From Vicugna vicugna (taxonomy: Eukaryota): a stretch of 64,000 nt of DNA. Of this stretch, positions 1-11,403 are shown piece by piece (position 1 is the stretch's first letter; every line of letters begins with the position of its first letter). The DNA lies in assembly GCA_013265495.1 (NCBI GenBank), contig MU058065.1, forward strand, positions 7,068,302 to 7,132,301. Reading direction: 5' to 3'. Both the position numbers and the translations under genes were made by a program. Under the pieces are notes generated by a model that did no database searches, was not told the DNA's origin, and was given only the letters and a program-made list of their open reading frames with translations.

Positions 1-125
1 TATTATTTCCACTTCTCAGAAGAGGAAACTGAGGCACAGGGAGAGGAAATAGCTTGTTCAAGGTCCTGCAGCTAAACAGTAGCAGAAATGGGATCCAGAC
101 CGAAGGGGTCTGGTTCCAGAGCCCA
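1..125 (-). mobile_element. MIR SINE fragment
   Basis: Reverse-complement MIR core: GAGGAAACTGAGGCACAG...AAGGTC...CAGCTA. Confidence 0.8.
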
Positions 126-1549
126 CGTCTCTGTCCTCCCCTGAGACCTGTGTTACAGCACCCACCTGTCACAAGGTGACAGTCAGATGTGCCTGAAGCA
201 GATGTGTAAGCGAGGCGCTCAGAGCTCAGAGCAAAAGGCTGTTATTTCTGGCTCAGGGTGCAGAGAGGGTCTCTGGGGGCTGGAAGTATTTGTGCTGAGG
301 CCAGAAGGTTGAGCAGGGGTTGAAAAGTGAAGGAGGGTGGAGAGGGCCTTCTAGAAAGACAGCACAGCAAGGACAGAGCTGGGACTGCTCCTGTCCATCC
401 CCTCCCATGTCCCCTCCCCCTCTCAGCCTGGAACCCCGTGGGACCCCTGTCCAGCCTCTTCGTCACACTTCCCCAGGCAGGGGTGAGCCGAGTGTGCGTG
501 TACCTGCACTGGCCCAGGGCAATGTGCACGCTCCCAGGTCAGGGGTGGAGGACGAGGTGGGTGAACAGAAGCAGTTTTCTTCTAGAGTCTGAGAATTGTG
601 AAACCTTGAGCCACGCATGCACCCCTAGTCCACCTTGCCCCTCCTCAGCCTCTTGACGGCTCCGTTTTTGAAAAGGTCTGGCTCTGGGCAGAAGCTACAT
701 TCATCTTTTAGAGGAAAGAAGATTTTCCTCACCTGTCTAGCCACCCACGCTGCTGTTCAGGCAGTCCTGACATTAGGAAGTCTTCACTGTTTCTCACTCA
801 AATTCCTCCTGCAGTAGGACTCAGGAAGCTAGCGTTTCTCCTCCAAGATTAATTATTTGGAACTTCATTTCTGTATCCCCAGCACCCCCAAACCCTCAGC
901 CTGACGTCCTCCCATTCCTCAGAACCCAGGTTATTCTGTACTGAAGTGGTGTTCCACTCGGGCCCCTTCTGGAATGCGAGGTAGACTTTGTCCTGGCCTG
1001 GCCCCTGACCTTCTCCCTGCCCTTGGCTCTTGCCTGGCCCTCTCACCTCACATCACCCAGGGGACCCGAGCTTATCCGACCCAGCCCAGGGTGGGACCAG
1101 CCAGCTTCCAGACTCCGGCCTTCCAGTCTGCAGCTCCAGGCTTTGTCCCATAGTCCTATGTAAGGACCCCTGCCCCGCCCCCAGCCCCAATAGCTCCTGG
1201 TCAGAGCCTGCCTGCTACCTCCCTGTAGCTGCTGCTTATGCAAAGTCCCTGTCAACCTCTGTCTCTCCTTCCATGTCATCAAGGAATAGCAGTTTGGATC
1301 TGGAAGGAATCAGGGTCACTTAACCCATCTCCCTCATTTTCCATGTGGGAAAACTTTAATATGCAGAATGCAGGTTTCCCAACTCAGAGGCCATTGTGTG
1401 GACGGCCACATGGTCTTGTACTTAACCTCACTGCAGAACCTTTGGTTGTGTCTATTCCCCCAGGTACAGTGCCCTCTGAACTGAATTTTATCAGTCTTAG
1501 AATTGAGAGCAGTGCCTAAGCTCATCTAATATAACCTCCCAATGGAGGA

Positions 1550-1790
1550 AATTTCCTTCACAGCATTCAGGTCAAGAGATTTGTTAGCCTCTGCTTAAAT
1601 GCTCCTAACGATGAGAGTCTCATTACCATTTAGGCAGCCTGATCCATTAGTGGTCAGATCCAACGGCTGGAAAGCAACCCTTATAATGAACTGAAATCTC
1701 CTTCTATGAGACTTCCTTGTCTTTGCTTTTTGGAGCTACCCAGGAATGAAAGCCAAATTACAGCACTCTCAATGTTTAAAGATGCCCATA
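1550..1790 (-). mobile_element. L3/CR1 LINE 3' fragment
   Basis: AGCCTCTGCTTAAAT...CTCATTACC...GGCAGCC...GAACTGAAATCT resembles the reverse complement of the CR1/L3 ORF2 end (recalled consensus). Confidence 0.6.
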
Positions 1791-1949
1791 GCACACCTGG
1801 GAAAACTGAGTCAAGGTGGGGCTACTTCCAGTAGGAACAGGATCCAGGTGGCTTGACCCCCCTCTCCAGTGTTCAGTTTCTATGAAGCTGGAGGGGTCAA
1901 TAGGACAGTCACCTTCAGTTTCATAGGAGAGGTCTTCTTTGACGTGGTT

Positions 1950-2110
1950 GAGCAGTCAGTGTGGTGCTTGGGAATACATGGGCTTTGGAATCACAGCTGA
2001 GTTGAAATCCTGTTATTTTTATGAGCTGTGTGGTTGTGAGCCAATTGCTTAACCTCTCTGAGCCTCAGTTTCATCTTCTGATGGTTCGTAGGATGATGTA
2101 TAAAAGCCCC
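1950..2110 (+). mobile_element. MIR SINE
   Basis: GGCTTTGGAATCA...AGCTGTGTG...CTTAACCTCTCTGAGCCTCAGTTTC core. Confidence 0.75.
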
Positions 2111-2246
2111 TACTTTCCAACTTCCCATATGAGGGAAGCTTTTATTGTCGTTATTAATGGTTGAAGGGAAGGCTGAGGTTCACTGAAAGCCTGTCCTTCA
2201 TTAAATGCCATCTGCTGACATCTCGACCTACCCCACCTCTCTCTAG

Positions 2247-3313
2247 CACTTCAGTGGGGAGTTTCCCATCCGGGGAGAGCAGTGACCAGGGCCCGCGGAC
2301 ACCCACCCAGCCTCTGCTGGATTCTGGCTTCCGCTCCGGCAGCCTGGGCCAGCCCAGCCCTTCGGCTCAGAGAAGCTACCAGAGCTCTTCTCCTCTCCCG
2401 ACTGCGGGCAGCAGCTACAGCAGCCCCGACTACTCACTTCAGCAGTTCAGCTCCCCGGAAAGCCAGGCCCGGTCTCAGTTCAGTGTGGCCGGTGTCCACA
2501 CAGTGCCCGGGAGCCCTCAGGCACGGCACAGGACAGTGGGCACCAACACTCCCCCTAGTCCTGGCTTTGGCCGCCGGGCTGTGAACCCCAGCATGGCTGC
2601 ACCTAGCAGTCCCAGTATGAGCCACCGCCAAGTGATGGGTCCACCAGGAACTGGTTTCCATGGTAACATGGTCTCCAGCCCCCAGAGCAGTGCAGCGACC
2701 ACTCCAGGAAGCCCGAGCCTGGGCCGGCACCCTGGGGCCCACCAGGTTTTAGGCTTCCACGGCAATGTGGCCACCACTCCAGGGAGCCCCAGCCTGGGCC
2801 GACACCCTGGGGCCCACCAAGGCAACCTAGCCTCCAGTCTCCATGGCAATGCAATGGCCAGCCCAGGAAGCCCCGGCCTGGGCCGTCACCTGGGAGGATC
2901 TGGATCTGTGGTTCCTGGCAGCCCCAGCTTGGACCGGCACGTGGCCTATGGTGGCTACTCCACGCCTGAGGATCGGAGACCCACGCTGTCCCGGCAGAGC
3001 AGCGCCTCGGGCTATCAGGCTCCTTCCACACCCTCCTTCCCTGTGTCTCCTGCCTACTACCCGGGCCTGAGCAGCCCCGCCGCCTCTCCCTCACCGGATT
3101 CAGCAGCCTTCCGACAGGGGAGCCCGACACCGGCCTTGCCAGAGAAGCGGAGGATGTCCATGGGAGACCGAGCAGGCAGCCTCCCCAACTACGCCACCAT
3201 CAACGGGAAGGTGTCCTCCTCGCCTGTTGCCAGCGGCATGTCCAGTCCCAGTGGGGGCAGCAGCGTCTCCTTCTCCCACACTCTGCCTGACTTCTCCAAG
3301 TACTCCATGCCAG
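2247..3313 (+). CDS. TNS1: Tensin 1 large internal exon (1067 nt), Ser/Pro/Gly-rich region; upstream exons lie outside the window
   Basis: Acceptor ctctctctag|C, donor CCAG|gtacgc; encodes [22 protein letters not shown]...[10 protein letters not shown], matching tensin-1. Confidence 0.96.
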
Positions 3314-5597
3314 GTACGCCCTCCCTCCATGTCCATCTCTCCTGCTGGCAGATTAAGTCTACCAGTTAGGATATCTGTCCCAGTCTCTGTCCTGACATCA
3401 CCTTGGCAGACAATCTTGGGTGGATCACTGACTTCTGGGCCTCAGTTTCCTCATCTGTATAATGGGAGTTGGAGCTGTCCTCAAAGCAGGTGTGCTGTGG
3501 TCATGATAGCTGAGGGGGCAGTGATGAGGATGTGGATGGTGTTGGCATTACTGTTATGATTATCATCACCGTCACCATAGTCACTACCGCTTGCTGTGCC
3601 ACTTGGCAAAGTGGGTATTATTACTTCCATTTTACACATGCACAAACTGAGGCTTGGAGAGGCTCAGTCATTTGTCCAGGGTCTCACAGTTAATAAATGG
3701 TTTCCCATCCAGACCCTTATCGCTCTAAAGCCTCTGCTGTTAAAGCATGATCGGAAGTTGTCTTGTGTTTGTGTATCTCGAGGGTAACTGTGATTTAGCA
3801 CAACCTTGAAAATGGGCCTTCCAAGCCTGGACCCCCGTACCTTTTGTCAGCCCACAGCACTCTGCTTCTACCTGTCAATCCCCACTTTGCACACATCACT
3901 AATAATAGATCTGGCAGCCAGATGCCATACGGGACAAGGCCGAGGTTTGGGCATTTTTATTGGAGTCTAGTTTCTACCAACCTGGCTTCCCTGAAGCTCA
4001 TGCCGGTTTGCACACTGAATTCTTCACTATCACCAGAACTGGGCATATTTTGCTTTCATGTAGATGGCTCATTATCTAAACAAAAAGGTCAAGGCTTCAG
4101 CTGATCTGCAGCTTCTCAGCCAGACCTCAAACCTGACTGTGTGCAGAGCGGCCCTGGGGCCTGCGGCATTTGAGGAAGATTTAGAATATGGCAGGCAGCC
4201 TGGGATGGGCCCCAGCTGCCCAGATTCTTAGTGTGTCATTCCCAGGTCCTGCCCTGAGCCTGCCAAGCCAGGGGCACCTACAGTGATTCTGCACACCCCT
4301 GCTTCCTGTTGTCCACCAGAGACATCTGGTTCCCAGCCCCAGTTCTTGGAGGATGCAAAACTTCTAGTACTTGGGACATTTCCTGTTTCCCACCACCTTC
4401 CTTGCTTAAAATAGCCATAGGAGTCAACACAGGAAGGCACACAGGGCTGCAGCCGCCTCTGACAGCTCATTAGACAGACCTCAGCAGCTGTGGGTCCTGG
4501 GGCTTCAGAGCAGAGAGAGAGGCAGCTTGCACAGTTGTATGGCCCAGCTGCCTAGTGCAGAGGCCCTGCTCAGTGCACAGCTGCCAGGGAAAGGAGCTGA
4601 CCTAGACCCCTTCTGTCCTCCAGAGACTGATCCCAGAAGCGGAGCAGAGTGTAAAGGACAAGTTGAAATTGACTAAACACTGGACACACAGCCCAACCTG
4701 TGTCTCTTGTCTGTGCCCTGAACAGCATAGACTCCCCTGCTCCAGACTCTCTCTGAAGAAAGGAAACATGTAGAATTGGGTTATTCCTTTTTTTCCCTCT
4801 TCCCCCATCCTCCCTTTTGTTTCCCTTGGTGCCAGAAGATGAAGAGGTTGTAGAGTGAGGACCACATGTCCTAGTACCCAGGAAGATACAGTGTAGCTGA
4901 CACTGAACTGGCTGCTGTGTCTTCTTACCTGGGAAGGTTTTACAAAAGCCTTTCTGTGGACCATCTGTGTGACTTGGGCAAGTCGCTCCCCTTCTCTGAA
5001 CCTCACACTCCTCACATGCAAAGTTAACTGGTTGGTTACGATGCTCCTCCAGAACCTACTGTTCTATGAAAGCATCCCTAGCCTGTGGAGGGTCTGGGGC
5101 CAGGGTGTTTGCTTGGGAAGTGGGTTATGTGACACACAGTAGATGGCCTCTTAATTCCAGGCCAACTCTTCCCCAGTTTGTCCCAGGCAGGGCAGGAGTG
5201 ATCTTTTTGCTTCTCTGCATGAGGCTGAGCCCGTGCTTTCCATATGGGAAGTGAGGAGGGGATTGGGGAGAAGTGACAGAAATGTATCTTTTTGCTGTCA
5301 TCCTCGAGGTTGTTATGATAGAGCTGGGAAGTTGAGCCTGTTGGGAAAGAGACTGGAAGGCCAGGGGGTGTCTTAGCCTGAGGGAGAGAAGCTTCGGGAA
5401 GGGTTAGCCTGAATCTTCTAGAGGAAGGGGAGGAGGGATAGAGTAGGGGCTGGCTTGGTGAAAATGCTGTTCAGGCTCTTTGACAGGAGGGCAGCTCCAT
5501 GACCCACGATGGTTGGCAGGAGATGGGGAGAGGATGAGAAAGCTGCTTGAGGACCCTTCCAGCAATGTTCTGATGATATCTGAGCAGACTAACCTTC

Positions 5598-6060
5598 TGT
5601 GTTAGTTTCTTAAACAGCCATAACAAAGTCCCACAAACTCGGTGGCCTAAGGCAACAGGAATTTATTCTCTCACAGTAGCGGGGGCCAGAAGTCCGAAAT
5701 CAAGGTGTTGGCAGGGTTGATTCCTTCTGGAGTCTCTGTGGGAGACTCTGCTCCAGGCCTTTCTATTAGTTTCTCGTGGCTGCTGGCAGTCTTGGGATCC
5801 CTTGGCTTGTAGACACATCTTCCCAATCTCTGCCTCCATCTCCTTCTTCATGTGATGCTCTCCCCATGTGTCTTCCCGTCCCCTTCCCTCTTCTGGTAAG
5901 GACACTGGTCATATTGGATTGGGGTCCATTCTAATCCAGCATGACCTCTTCTTAACTCAGTTACATCTGCAAAGACCCTATTTCAAGTAAGGTTCCATTC
6001 ATAGGTACTGGGGTTAGAGCTCCAAAGTACCTTCCTGGAGGACACAATTCAACCCACAAC
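5598..6060 (-). mobile_element. MLT1 (MLT1B/C-like) ERVL-MaLR solo LTR
   Basis: TGTGTTAGTTTC...CCACAAACT...ATTTATTCTCTCACAG...TCAAGGTGTTGGCAGGG...GGACACAATTCAACCCACAAC. Confidence 0.85.
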
Positions 6061-6088
6061 CCTTTCTTTTCCTCTCCTTCTCCTTTAG

Positions 6089-6175
6089 ACAACAGCCCTG
6101 AGACGCGGGCTAAAGTGAAGTTCGTCCAGGACACCTCCAAGTATTGGTACAAGCCTGAGATCTCCAGAGAGCAGG
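6089..6175 (+). CDS. TNS1: Tensin 1 exon (87 nt), start of SH2: [29 protein letters not shown]
   Basis: Long pyrimidine tract then ag|AC; donor CAGG|gtgagt; in frame with neighbouring exons. Confidence 0.97.
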
Positions 6176-6581
6176 GTGAGTGCTGGGCGGCGCTGGACGC
6201 CCCAGGGTCCGTCCGGTCACAGCTGGCTGCTGCCCACCGTGTCTTTTCTGGGCAAGGAACAGACTGTTCCTCTTTGCAGTAGGTGGTGGTCCCAGAGAGG
6301 GACTGGGACCAAGCTTAGACAGTAAGAAGCACCTCCCCACTGTGAAGTGGCACGGAACAGGAGCAATGGTTGTAGCTGTTCCTTTGAAGGCTCCTTAAAA
6401 ACAGCAAAGTCTTGGTTTTCCAGGGCAAAATCAAAGGTTGGCAGAGATGATATGAAACTTTAACTCTTCATCTGCATGATGTGGAAGATTTTGCATATTT
6501 TACAGAAGAAAACATAGTTGGGATTGTGGGGGTGGAGATGTGAGGCCTTGGCCCCTGAAGAAAGTCTGTGTGGCTGTCGTG

Positions 6582-6787
6582 CAGGGTGACTGCCGCCCAG
6601 GGTTGGATCCGGACTGCCGCCTGTTTTCGTAAATACGGTTTTATTGGAACAGAGCCGTATCTGTTCATGTGTGTCTGGGCTGCTTTCGGGCTGTGATGGC
6701 AGCGCTGAGTAGTTGCAGCCGACACTGCCTAGCCTGCAAAGCCTGAGATACCGTCTGGCCCTTGACAGAAAACTTTGCTGACTCTAG
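6582..6787 (+). mobile_element. MER58A-like hAT-Charlie DNA transposon
   Basis: GCCGCCTGTTTTCGTAAATA..GTTTTATTGGAAC...GAGTAGTTGC...TCTGGCCCTTGACAGAAAA. Confidence 0.8.
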
Positions 6788-6925
6788 CATAGGAGGACCC
6801 TTCGGAGTGTTTGCACTTGAACTTTAATCTCTGCTCACCCGAGGGAATGAGATTCGTGGCCCGATGAGACTTAAGCAGAGCCAGTGCATCAATTTTTCGT
6901 TTCCTCTTCTCTCCTCCTGATGCAG

Positions 6926-7057
6926 CCATCGCCCTCCTTAAGGACCAGGAGCCAGGGGCTTTCATCATCCGTGACAGCCACTCCTTCCGAGGAGCCTATG
7001 GGCTGGCCATGAAGGTGTCTTCGCCCCCTCCTACCATCATGCAGCAGAATAAAAAAG
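6926..7057 (+). CDS. TNS1: Tensin 1 SH2 exon (132 nt): [44 protein letters not shown]
   Basis: tgcag|CC acceptor, AAAG|gtgaca donor; FIIRDS SH2 signature. Confidence 0.97.
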
Positions 7058-7457
7058 GTGACACCAGCTCCTCCAGCAGGGCCTCAGCCTAGGTGGCCCC
7101 TACGTTCTTGTTAGAGCCTGAGCTGCCGGAAGGGCTAGGGGAGGGGGGCTGTCAGCTTCTAATTCTCTCTGAGGCCGGTTCCTGCCAATCAGACTCTTAA
7201 GAAGAGTGGGTCTTGGGCTTGCTGATGAGCGGGGTCAGAGAACAGGCAAGCAAGATTATTAGCACCCTGTGATTGAGTTTTCTCAAGGGCTGGGCTAGCA
7301 GTGGTGGTCTCTCCACTCCAGGGCTCTGGCCATGCTACTGCTGCGACCCTCTCTCCATTAGAGCCCTGCACGCTGGAGGAGTCAGAAGTGGTGTGGGGAG
7401 GTGGTGGGAGGGTGCCACGAGGAGTGACCAATCTGTATTTCTTTCTTTTCGTCCCAG

Positions 7458-7550
7458 GAGACATGACGCATGAGCTCGTGAGGCATTTCCTGATAGAGAC
7501 GGGCCCCAGAGGAGTCAAGCTCAAGGGGTGTCCCAACGAGCCAAACTTCG
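7458..7550 (+). CDS. TNS1: Tensin 1 SH2 exon (93 nt): [31 protein letters not shown]
   Basis: cccag|GA acceptor, TTCG|gtgagc donor. Confidence 0.97.
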
Positions 7551-7789
7551 GTGAGCTGTCCCCTCCTCTGCCTCCCAGTCTCAGGCCTGTCCCAGGTTCC
7601 CTGCCACAGCTTCTGCTCGGCACCCTTGTCACAGACGCAGCAGAGAAGTGAATACTGACTCCCTTCCTCTGCGCTGTGGCTCCTTCACTCTGCCAAACCC
7701 ATTCTGTATTTGTCCTCCCTGTGGAGACTTCTGTCATTCTCATTGGAGTCACAACTATAACATCTGCCTTTACCCACCACTTACTTACT

Positions 7790-7960
7790 ATGTGGAAGTC
7801 ACATCCAGGTACCTTGTATCACTCCTGGTCTCAACCATCCTGCATGGTAGGTGTTGTCCCATTTTACACATGAGGAAACTGAGGTTCCTAGGAGTTAGAC
7901 ACACCCAAGGACACATAGCTAATATGTTGCTGAGCAGGGATTTGATCCTACCATCTGCTG
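7790..7960 (-). mobile_element. MIR SINE
   Basis: CCCATTTTACACATGAGGAAACTGAGG core. Confidence 0.75.
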
Positions 7961-8270
7961 ACACTTCTGCCGTACACTCCTGAGAGCAGCCCTGGCGGCT
8001 GGAGGGACTTAGGAGAGACATTGGGAGTAACTTCCTATAAAGGAAAGTTATGCGGTAACTTTCTGTCTGCAAAAGTGAGCCTTTAGAATCTTCCCCCTTG
8101 AATCTTGCTAACAAAGAGGGAGTGGATTTTCAGCTTTGTGGGTGGGTTGAGGGAGAAGAAATAGAGAAGCTGAAGATTATAGACAGCCATGGGGGGATGG
8201 GTGGGCTTCCTCTGTGCCCCTGGCTGGCTCTCAGTAATGCTGTGGCTGACGGGCTGTCTCCTTCCTGCAG

Positions 8271-8348
8271 GATCTCTGTCTGCCCTGGTCTACCAGCACT
8301 CCATCATCCCTTTGGCTCTGCCCTGCAAGCTGGTCATTCCAAACCGAG
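8271..8348 (+). CDS. TNS1: Tensin 1 exon (78 nt), end of SH2: [26 protein letters not shown]
   Basis: cctgcag|GA acceptor, CGAG|gtagga donor. Confidence 0.97.
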
Positions 8349-9537
8349 GTAGGAACCTGAGACTCCTTGCCCTCCAAGCCACACCCTTGTGCTGGCCTCC
8401 TTCTTGTCTCGGCCCAGCCAGCTGCTCCAGAACATGGGCCAAGGTTGGAAGAAATGGGTTATTTGGCCAAGCTGGGGAAACTCAAAACCACTCTCTTCTT
8501 TATTTTTTTCTAATAAAAAAGAAGGGAAAGTTCATTAAAAAGCTTAACTCTAGAAATATACTTAATTGACTTGCCAGATTGTTCTGGAAAATTCTCTGGA
8601 GGCTTTAAGAATTCGTACTTGCATCCTCAGGATTAAGCTTCACCTCAGGGGAGGCACTTGAAGCAGGAGACAGTCCTGGGGAGGCCCATGCCCAGAGGAT
8701 GGGATGAGCGTCAGTGGGCAGGGCCGAGGGAAGGGGGAGGTGGGGCAAATGTAGGTCATGGGGCATCCAGGTGTTGGGGGGTTTCTGCTTGGAGAGGAGT
8801 GAGCACAATCGAGGGCTCTCTTAGAGGAAGAGGTGGCTGGGCTCCACGTGGTGTGGGAAGGAAACAGGAAGCCTAAGGGGTCCCTGGAGTTTCTAGTCTG
8901 CATGGTAGAAAATGTTCCCTGGACAAGGGGATACTGAGCTGATGGTAGGAGCAAGCCCTCTTTTGATTGTGGGAAGTATGCATGGAACCCAAGAGCCTTA
9001 GGACATAGAAGGCGAGAATTTGCGTGAGATACCGGGGCTGGACAAGGAGATTTTAGTTTCTCTTAAAGAGGTGTCCAGCTTTGGAGGATGGCAGATAGAC
9101 ACCCCAAACTCCTTCCAGCACGGGCTTCCATCACGCAGATTCAGGTCCACAGGGCCCACACGAGGGGAGGGGAATATGCCTGGCCCTGAACTTGAGGTCT
9201 AGGAACAGGGAAATGGGGTGCCGTCTCCCAGTGCTCTCTGTTCAAGAATAGGATATTCAGAAGTGTGTCTGGGACTTGCTTTCAGTCTGTCTTGGAGCTC
9301 CTGGGGTTATGTCCACACATAAAACCTCCAATATTATTTGGCAGTTTCTGTGTATCCAATTCAATTTGTTGAATTATTAATGATAATTGACCACTCTTAT
9401 TAGTTTAAAAGTTCAAATACTATTTAAATAGCACTGTTAACTGCAGGATTTAGGCACTATTAAAATTACATTTCTAAGGAATTTACCAAAGTAATTCAAC
9501 AATTATGAAACTGCTTGATCATTTACACTGTACAAAT

Positions 9538-9699
9538 CACTTGTTCTCAAAGTTTGGTCCCCAGACCAGCAGCATCAGCTCCCCTGGGAACTTGTTAAAA
9601 TTGCAAATATTCTCAAGCCCCACCTAATCCGAACCTCTGGGGTGGGGCCCAGCAATCTGTGTTTTAACAAGCCTGCACACCGAAGTCTAAGAAACGCTG
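9538..9699. mobile_element. MER5A hAT-Charlie element
   Basis: TTCTCAAAGTTTGGTCCCCAGACCAGCAGCATCAGC...GGGGCCCAGCAATCTGTGTTTTAACAAGCC. Confidence 0.85.
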
Positions 9700-10169
9700 G
9701 TATAAACAACACTCAATTCTTATTAATATAGAAATTATAGTTGTGCCGCGTTGTGGTTTAATGAAATAGGGCATTTATTGATCTGTACAAAGACACGTCA
9801 GTACAAAACAACTTGCCGCTTGAATGCTTGCTGTATGCCAGCCACTGCGCTGACACTGTACCTGGAGCATCTCAAAAACCCAATGAAGCAGGTACTCTCA
9901 CCATCACCTCCGTCTTGTAGATACTTGGTAAGTGCCTGGGTGGCCATATGAACCCCACCCTGTTGGACTCCAGAGCTCCCGACCAGTGTGCTGAATACTT
10001 AATGACTGGACGTTTAAACTGGACACACGTGCCATCTGCCAGGGCCTGTTAGGAAAGGCAGTATCCGTTGCACAAAGTATTTGCAGAACTAGCCCGAGGC
10101 CCAGCCAAACTTATGTTTCTTTCCAGCTCTGGAGTTTTAATTACCAGCTGAATTAAATGTTTGTCTCAG

Positions 10170-10241
10170 ACCCCACAGATGAATCGAAGGATAGCTCGGG
10201 CCCTGCCAACTCAACCAGCGACCTGCTGAAGCAAGGGGCAG
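10170..10241 (+). CDS. TNS1: Tensin 1 SH2-PTB linker exon (72 nt): DPTDESKDSSGPANSTSDLLKQGA
   Basis: ctcag|AC acceptor, GCAG|gtgagt donor. Confidence 0.95.
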
Positions 10242-10483
10242 GTGAGTGGCCACCCCAGATGGGATCCCTGCCCAGGCCTTTCTTCCCCTCTGCCCCGTAC
10301 CCTCCTGCAGGTGCGGGCTGGATGTCTTTCCCAGACCCAGATCTCCCTGGGCAGACCACATTTCTGTGTGCACATGCCTTGGCCCAAGACTGGCCTGAAA
10401 TTCATCTGCTAGCTTCTCCCTTTAGGGAGTGGTGCCCACCCATTTCAATCTCCATGACTCCTTTTTGGGTGGGTATCTTCCAG

Positions 10484-10652
10484 CCTGCAATGTGCTCTTC
10501 GTCAACTCTGTGGACATGGAGTCCCTCACTGGGCCACAGGCCATCTCCAAAGCCACTTCTGAGACACTGGCTGCTGACCCCACGCCAGCAGCCACCATCG
10601 TTCACTTCAAAGTTTCTGCCCAGGGAATTACACTGACCGACAACCAGAGAAA
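10484..10652 (+). CDS. TNS1: Tensin 1 PTB exon (169 nt): [24 protein letters not shown]...[10 protein letters not shown]
   Basis: ttccag|CC acceptor, GAAA|gtaaga donor. Confidence 0.97.
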
Positions 10653-10687
10653 GTAAGACTCTTCTGCTTGCTTCTGTGTTCCTGTGA

Positions 10688-10915
10688 CCCATCTGCCCAT
10701 CCACGTACGCACCCACTTACCAACTGATTCATTCATTGCATCCATCTATCCATCCACCCACCTATCCATTCATCCACTTGCTCACGCACTCACCAATTGA
10801 TCCATCCATTCCTGCATCTATTCATCCCCCATTTATCCTCTCCCACTTATTTATTCCTTCACTCATTTATGTCACCCCCTATCTATCCATCCATCCATCC
10901 TTCCTTCCTTCCTTC
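10688..10915. repeat. Degenerate (CCAT/TCCA)n simple repeat
   Basis: Repeated CCATCCAT/CATTCATT/CCTTCCTT units. Confidence 0.8.
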
Positions 10916-11282
10916 TACAAATATGCCTGAATAGGTTAGATAGCTGTAAATGTACCTGATAAAAGCACCTGCTCTCTAGAGTGGAGCCCCTCGTCTCATG
11001 CTCTCTCCCCAGCCCCTTTTCTTCCTCCTCCAGTGTCTCCCCCATTTCTCATTCCTCAGTGCCAGTTTCTTCCTTCTTTTCCTAGCCTCTAGCATTTGGG
11101 ACATGTTTCTATGACACGTCCCTCTGTCCCTATGTGTTGCTTTATGTCCCCAATGTGAGCAGCTCCGGCCATCATGCTCATAAGGGAGAGGCTGTGTCGA
11201 CCTGTGACAGCCACAGATGGAGGGTGGGGAGAGCAGTCACTTCAGCGCTTAACTCTCTGTTTCTCTGATGTGTGTGCCACAG

Positions 11283-11351
11283 GCTCTTCTTCAGACGACA
11301 CTACCCCCTCAGCACCGTCACCTTCTGTGACCTGGATCCGCAGGAGAGAAA
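11283..11351 (+). CDS. TNS1: Tensin 1 PTB exon (69 nt): LFFRRHYPLSTVTFCDLDPQERK
   Basis: ccacag|G acceptor, GAAA|gtaagt donor. Confidence 0.97.
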
Positions 11352-11403
11352 GTAAGTCTCTTGTAGACACCTGCCCTCCAAGCCACCACCAGCACACTGG
11401 GGT

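Noticed and set aside
2161..3369. 402-aa ORF as a stand-alone gene
   Set aside because: It is the TNS1 internal exon 2247-3313 plus intronic read-through on each side; it starts at TTG and has clear splice sites.
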